DNA of 64,000 nucleotides from Candidatus Babeliales bacterium (GTDB lineage Bacteria; Babelota; Babeliae; Babelales; RVW-14): NCBI GenBank assembly GCA_041662445.1, contig JBAZSL010000006.1, positions 3,801 to 67,800 of the forward strand, read 5' to 3'. Shown piece by piece: positions 60,254 to 64,000 of this stretch (position 1 is its first letter; each line of letters starts with the position of its first letter). The notes under the pieces were generated by a model. It saw only the letters and a program-made list of their open reading frames with translations, ran no database searches and was not told where the DNA came from. The position numbers and the translations under genes were made by a program.

Positions 60254-61483
60254 ATGGGTTGTAGCGTTATGAACATAGATAAAAAATTACTAACGATAGT
60301 CGTCTGTTTGGTTATTTTGAGCCAGAACTTAATGCGCGCTGCGCCGCTGCAACAAAATGGCAGCATTGCCGTCTGCAGCGTGTCCGCTGCAAGTGCGTGG
60401 TCTGAACCTAATCCGCAAGAACTTGGTGCTTGTCAGGGTGAGCCGGCAAAAATATTACCGCCATTACCGCTGCTTGGTTCTGTTAACGTGCCTCATCATG
60501 TTACGCAGTTATTGTATGGTGAGCGCGTCAAGGTATGTGCAGAGCCTGAATGTAATGGATGGGTTAAGATTCAAACTCTTGAACAGATTGGTTTTGATCA
60601 ATTAAAACGGCATTGGTGTTATGTGTATGCATGGGTTCGTGGTGACAATGTGCTTCCCGTTACTGCCTTTACGCAACCCAACGTGGTGGTAACCCATCAG
60701 TGGGCTACTGTGTATGCCAGGCCTGATCCTACAAGTTGCGTGTACATGCACATTCCATTTGCATCTTTACTATGTGGATCAAAGGTTGAGCAATCATCGG
60801 GATGGTATTGTATTGAGCTTTATGATGGTCGCATCGGGTTTGTTCACGCTGGGCAGCTGGCCGAACTTTCTGCCGTGGTACGTGACGCTAATATTGCCAC
60901 CATCCGCACAGCGCTTGTTAATTTTGCGCACGATTTTGTACAGGTAAAAAGCCTGTATCTATGGGGTGGGAGGAGTCCAGCAAATCCAGAAAATTTTCAA
61001 GATGTTGCCATGGCCGTTGGATCTGCAGCAAGTGTTGATTGTTCCGGTTTGATAAATCTTGTGTACCGAGCCTGTGGATTGAGTGTGCCCCGTAACTCAT
61101 ATGCCCAGTTTCTTAAAGCAACTCCTGTAGAGCCAGCACGCGTGCAACCGGGTGATTTAATTTTTCTTGAAATTGCTAATGCTTTCGGCATCTCAAGAGT
61201 TCGTCATGTGCTTATGTATATTGGTACTGATGCCGCTGATAATGCGTTACTGATTGAGTCGACCGGTGGCGATGCTGTCAAAGAAAAATGTACGCGTGTT
61301 ACAACGATGCAGGCAAACTTTGGCGTGAAAAATCTGAAGCATGTTACCAATGGTCAAACCATAGCGCGATTTGAAAAAGGCCAGAAGTTGAGCTCTGCAA
61401 AGATCTATTGCGGAACGTTTCTTGATCGTGAGCATCTCCAAGAGCGACGGACTGAGTTACTTGTAACAGATCACATAAGTTAA
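60254..61483 (+). CDS. NlpC/P60 (C40) cell-wall peptidase with N-terminal SH3b-like domains
   Basis: Leader; catalytic VDCSGLINLVYRACG, PGDLIFL, RHVLMYIG. Confidence 0.85.
   Translation: MGCSVMNIDKKLLTIVVCLVILSQNLMRAAPLQQNGSIAVCSVSAASAWSEPNPQELGACQGEPAKILPPLPLLGSVNVPHHVTQLLYGERVKVCAEPECNGWVKIQTLEQIGFDQLKRHWCYVYAWVRGDNVLPVTAFTQPNVVVTHQWATVYARPDPTSCVYMHIPFASLLCGSKVEQSSGWYCIELYDGRIGFVHAGQLAELSAVVRDANIATIRTALVNFAHDFVQVKSLYLWGGRSPANPENFQDVAMAVGSAASVDCSGLINLVYRACGLSVPRNSYAQFLKATPVEPARVQPGDLIFLEIANAFGISRVRHVLMYIGTDAADNALLIESTGGDAVKEKCTRVTTMQANFGVKNLKHVTNGQTIARFEKGQKLSSAKIYCGTFLDREHLQERRTELLVTDHIS
61399..61458 (+). repeat. 60-bp direct repeat, copy 1 (inside the 3' end of the P60 gene)
   Basis: 57/60 identical to 62176-62235 by direct comparison. 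Confidence 0.85.
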
Positions 61484-61519
61484 AATTTCTAATGTGTTGA
61501 TTAGCCATCGCGCTTTTGG

Positions 61520-61547
61520 TTGCAAAAGGTTGCAAATGGTTTACTAT
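61520..61547 (+). promoter_or_regulatory. candidate promoter/operator of the TA module
   Basis: TTGCAA - 16 nt - TACTAT; the -35 region contains the tandem repeat ggttgcaaa(a)ggttgcaaa. Confidence 0.35.
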
Positions 61548-61592
61548 GGTTATGTTCAGTTTTTTGTTTCAAGGAGCCAGACATAGGAGTCA

Positions 61593-61826
61593 ATGATGCC
61601 TGTAGCGGTAAAACTATCTGATGAGATTATTTCTGATGCAAAAATTATATCCAAAGCACTTAATCGCTCGGTTGCAGGACAAATAGAGCACTGGGCGACA
61701 ATAGGGAAAATCGCAGAGGAAAATCCAGATCTGACGTATGAATTCATCAAAGATCTTCTTGTATCAAAACAAGAACTTGCTGCCGGCAAGCTTGAATCAT
61801 ACACGTTTGATAAAAAACGATCATGA
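61593..61826 (+). CDS. ParD-like type II antitoxin
   Basis: AGGAG RBS; VAVKLSDEIISDAKIISKALNRSVAGQIEHWATIGKIAE matches my recollection of the ParD_like family signature (..RS.agQiEHWa..G). Confidence 0.7.
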   Translation: MMPVAVKLSDEIISDAKIISKALNRSVAGQIEHWATIGKIAEENPDLTYEFIKDLLVSKQELAAGKLESYTFDKKRS

Positions 61827-62095
61827 AGATTCTTCAAACGCCGACCTTTGGCAAACAGGTCAAAAAACTTCATAAAAATCAGAAAAGTGATCTTGATCAG
61901 GCGATTGGGGCAATTTCCAGAAATCCCGGTCTTGGAACGCTGAAGAAGGGTGATCTTAGTGGTATTCAAGTTTACAAGTTTCCCATGGCGCGACAGCTCT
62001 CCCTGCTTGCCTATGAGCTCAATGAATCCGAAGAAGAGTTGATTCTGCTCGCATTGGGATTGCACGAAAATTTTTATCGGGATCTGAAAAAATAA
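61823..62095 (+). CDS. RelE/ParE-family type II toxin
   Basis: ATGA overlap with the antitoxin; 90 aa; GDLSGIQVYKF...LLAYELNESEEELILLALGLHENFYRDLKK. Confidence 0.75.
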   Translation: MKILQTPTFGKQVKKLHKNQKSDLDQAIGAISRNPGLGTLKKGDLSGIQVYKFPMARQLSLLAYELNESEEELILLALGLHENFYRDLKK

Positions 62096-62101
62096 CAATA
62101 T

Positions 62102-62254
62102 CATGTTTTGTGACCGCCGTGTAAAGGGCTCCAAGTACTATTGCGATTTGAAGCTGGCCAGCAGTTGGATTATGTAAAGATCTATTGCGGGACGTTTCTT
62201 GACCGTGATCATCTCCAAGAGCGACGGACTGAGTTGCTCTTAGCGGGGAAGTAA
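62102..62254 (+). pseudogene. orphan duplicate of the P60 gene 3' end
   Basis: A 50-codon frame ends ...VKIYCGTFLDRDHLQERRTELLLAGK*, versus the P60 C-terminus ...AKIYCGTFLDREHLQERRTELLVTDHIS*. Confidence 0.5.
62176..62235 (+). repeat. 60-bp direct repeat, copy 2
   Basis: 57/60 identical to 61399-61458; located 777 bp downstream of copy 1. Confidence 0.85.
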
Positions 62255-62270
62255 GACTAATCTGGGCTTT

Positions 62271-62618
62271 GTGGGGCATTTTGATCCGCAAAACGTTATT
62301 TTTGTGAGATTTATTTACTCATATTGCTTTAACATGATAAAAGGATTTTGTGCCGCCTTGCACATGATGCCTAACTTTTATCACTGGCGTGCACATGCAG
62401 GCGCAGAAGTGGATATTATTGTTGAACTTGATGGGATTTTTTATCCTATCGAAGTGAAGGCTGCAACGACGGTAAACAAAAATGATATTCGCGGTATTGC
62501 CGCTTTCAAAGAAACATATCCGCAATTGCGCATTGCACATGGTATTGTTATTTATGCAGGTGATGAATGTTTCCGCATAACAAAAGACATCATTGCAGTT
62601 CCGTGGAACTTACAGTAG
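62271..62618 (+). pseudogene. C-terminal remnant of an AAA_14/DUF4143-family ATPase gene
   Basis: FYHWRAHAGAEVDIIVELDGIFYPIEVKAATTV resembles the C-terminal restriction-endonuclease-like end of DUF4143 proteins. The roughly 300 N-terminal residues, including the ATPase domain, are absent. Confidence 0.55.
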
Positions 62619-62663
62619 AGCGGTACGTGTGCCTTAAAAATGTCGAACGAAGGAGCGCTTTGT

Positions 62664-63404
62664 ATGAAGTCTATGAAATCACTGTTGTTGTTATGTGTTA
62701 TGTCCACTGCGCTGATTAATCATCATATGCTTTGGGGCATGGAACTGCATAAAAAACCATCACCCTCTGATGAATTTTGGAACGCCTTGAAAGCTGATAA
62801 TACAGCGACAGTTAAGCGTTTATATCAAAAGTTTAACCTCAATGTTGATCAAGATGGTTATACCCCACTAATGTGGGCTACATATAATGGTAATGTTGAG
62901 CTTGTAAAACTATTTCTTAAGGGTGGTGCTTATGTTAATACCCGAAATAGGAATAATGGATTTACTGTATTGATGTATGTTACCGGTCCAGGGGGGATTC
63001 GGGATTGTAATCCGCAAATAGCAGAGATACTTCTTGAGGCAGGAGCTGATCCAAATGTTCATGCCGCTAATAGTCTTACAGCAATGGAAGTTGTTGTTGG
63101 TGATAAGCGTTTAGTTCTTTTGCTTATTAAATATGGCGCAAATTCATTTTATAAAGATGACGCAATACATCGTGCTCTTGGCGGAAGCCGCCTTGAGACG
63201 CTTGCTCTTCTTGCAGATAACACCGACTATAGCATTCGAACGCTATCTTTTGTTCGACAGAGTGGAAAACAAGCCGATAAAAAGGTTCTTGCTCTTGCTG
63301 CACAAAAGAATGTTGCGCGCAAAGTGTTGCAGGAAGCACAACGTCAGGGTATCGGTGCGGTTGATGTGACGGGCATTATTAAAAAGCAGTTTGGTCAAAA
63401 ATAA
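62664..63404 (+). CDS. ankyrin-repeat protein with leader
   Basis: AGGAG RBS 8 nt before the ATG at 62664; leader MKSMKSLLLLCVMSTALINHHMLWG|M; repeat DGYTPLMWATYNGNVELVKLFLKGGAYVNT. Confidence 0.85.
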   Translation: MKSMKSLLLLCVMSTALINHHMLWGMELHKKPSPSDEFWNALKADNTATVKRLYQKFNLNVDQDGYTPLMWATYNGNVELVKLFLKGGAYVNTRNRNNGFTVLMYVTGPGGIRDCNPQIAEILLEAGADPNVHAANSLTAMEVVVGDKRLVLLLIKYGANSFYKDDAIHRALGGSRLETLALLADNTDYSIRTLSFVRQSGKQADKKVLALAAQKNVARKVLQEAQRQGIGAVDVTGIIKKQFGQK

Positions 63405-63575
63405 CTGGTGTCACCATAATAACAATCAACAGGGTCTAAGATCTTTCGAACTACGCATAGCTCGCTTCTAAACGTGCCACATTTTTCAAGAACTTCTCAA
63501 TAAGAAAAATTAATGGTATATCATTTTCCCTGTGTACATCATTGTTACTAAAAAATTATTGCCAGATAGTAAGAT

Positions 63576-64000
63576 ATGAATGCTAAAGTTTGTTCTGCAA
63601 CAACAATTGGTATATCAGCGCACACCGTTGACGTTGAAGTTGACCTCTCTCTCGGTATGATTCAATTCCATATTGTCGGATTGCCCGATAAAGCTATTAA
63701 TGAGAGCAAGGATCGCATTCGCGCTGCGTTCAAAAATAGTGGGTTACGACTTCCCGAGCGTCTCATCACCGTCAATCTTGCCCCGGCAAGCTTGAAAAAA
63801 GAAGATGTCCTTTTTGACGTGCCTATTGCCGTTGCCATTTTGCAGGCGGCAAAGCTGATCGAAATCCCTGCTGATTTCCTTAACGAAACTTTTTTCCTTG
63901 GCGAATTATCCCTTGATGGCGCCATTCGTCCCGTGCGTGGTGTCCTTTCAGTCGCACACAATGCCCGATTATCTGGCAAAAAGCGTCTTGTTATACCCAT
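63576..64000 (+). CDS. comM: YifB/ComM Mg-chelatase-like ATPase, 5' part (runs off the window)
   Basis: My own translation from the ATG at 63576: MNAKVCSATTIGISAHTVDVEVDLSLGMIQFHIVGLPDKAINESKDRIRAAFKNSGLRLPERLITVNLAPASLKKEDVLFDVPIAVAILQAAK. This is the typical ComM N-terminal Lon-protease-like domain. It is absent from the ORF track because no stop lies in the window. Confidence 0.85.
   Translation, partial: MNAKVCSATTIGISAHTVDVEVDLSLGMIQFHIVGLPDKAINESKDRIRAAFKNSGLRLPERLITVNLAPASLKKEDVLFDVPIAVAILQAAKLIEIPADFLNETFFLGELSLDGAIRPVRGVLSVAHNARLSGKKRLVIP

Noticed and set aside
61556-62134. 192-aa minus-strand ORF spanning the TA region
   Set aside because: It is antisense to two short plus-strand genes that have RBSs, an ATGA overlap and recognisable ParD-like and RelE-like sequences. 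The minus-strand product has no features, so it is a shadow ORF.
63662-64000. 112-aa minus-strand ORF from the ORF track
   Set aside because: It lies antisense to a plus-strand reading frame starting at 63576 that translates into a textbook ComM/YifB N-terminus. The minus-strand product is Arg/Ser-rich with no motif, so it is a shadow ORF.

Overview
Dense bacterial chromosomal window of about 62 protein genes and one tRNA. I saw no rRNA, CRISPR array, transposase or phage genes. GC looks like roughly 40% by eye and was not computed.

Housekeeping genes: topA, plsC, a batABCDE aerotolerance-type operon, sufC, glmS, rpsI, tRNA-Thr(CGU), dksA-like, tadA, gyrB, kdsD, rbfA, rpsU, photolyase, mnmG, sufBD, ftsQAZ, tsaC, a mutY-like glycosylase, pgeF, a nagB-PIG-L fusion, an NlpC/P60 peptidase and a 5' fragment of comM/yifB.

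Type IV pilus / T2SS-like genes sit at two loci: pilin and pilD at 19-21 kb, and pilB, a pilO/P-like fusion and pilQ at 35.9-40.3 kb.

Accessory content resembles an intracellular associate of protists. A Dependentiae/TM6-like or similar lifestyle is a low-confidence guess.
- Six ankyrin-repeat proteins carry Sec-type leaders, three of them as a tandem paralog array.
- The most interesting feature is a nine-member family of leader-bearing proteins ending in RING-type Cys/His zinc fingers. Eight are in tandem at 46.3-52.9 kb and one is at 56.9-57.8 kb. They are candidate secreted E3 ubiquitin-ligase mimics. Members range from canonical RING-H2/C3HC4 spacing, through half-RINGs, to one member whose RING has been deleted.

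Other notable points:
- Two GC-rich palindromic insertions of about 215 bp, each flanked by 7-bp direct repeats, lie in the 5' leaders of two ankyrin paralogs. The third paralog preserves the empty sites.
- A ParD-like/RelE toxin-antitoxin cassette is bracketed by 60-bp direct repeats that duplicate the 3' end of the P60 gene.
- A recurrent [A/G]-Met junction follows the hydrophobic leader of nearly all ankyrin and RING proteins.

All functional calls come from motif recognition in the translated ORFs. No database search was run.
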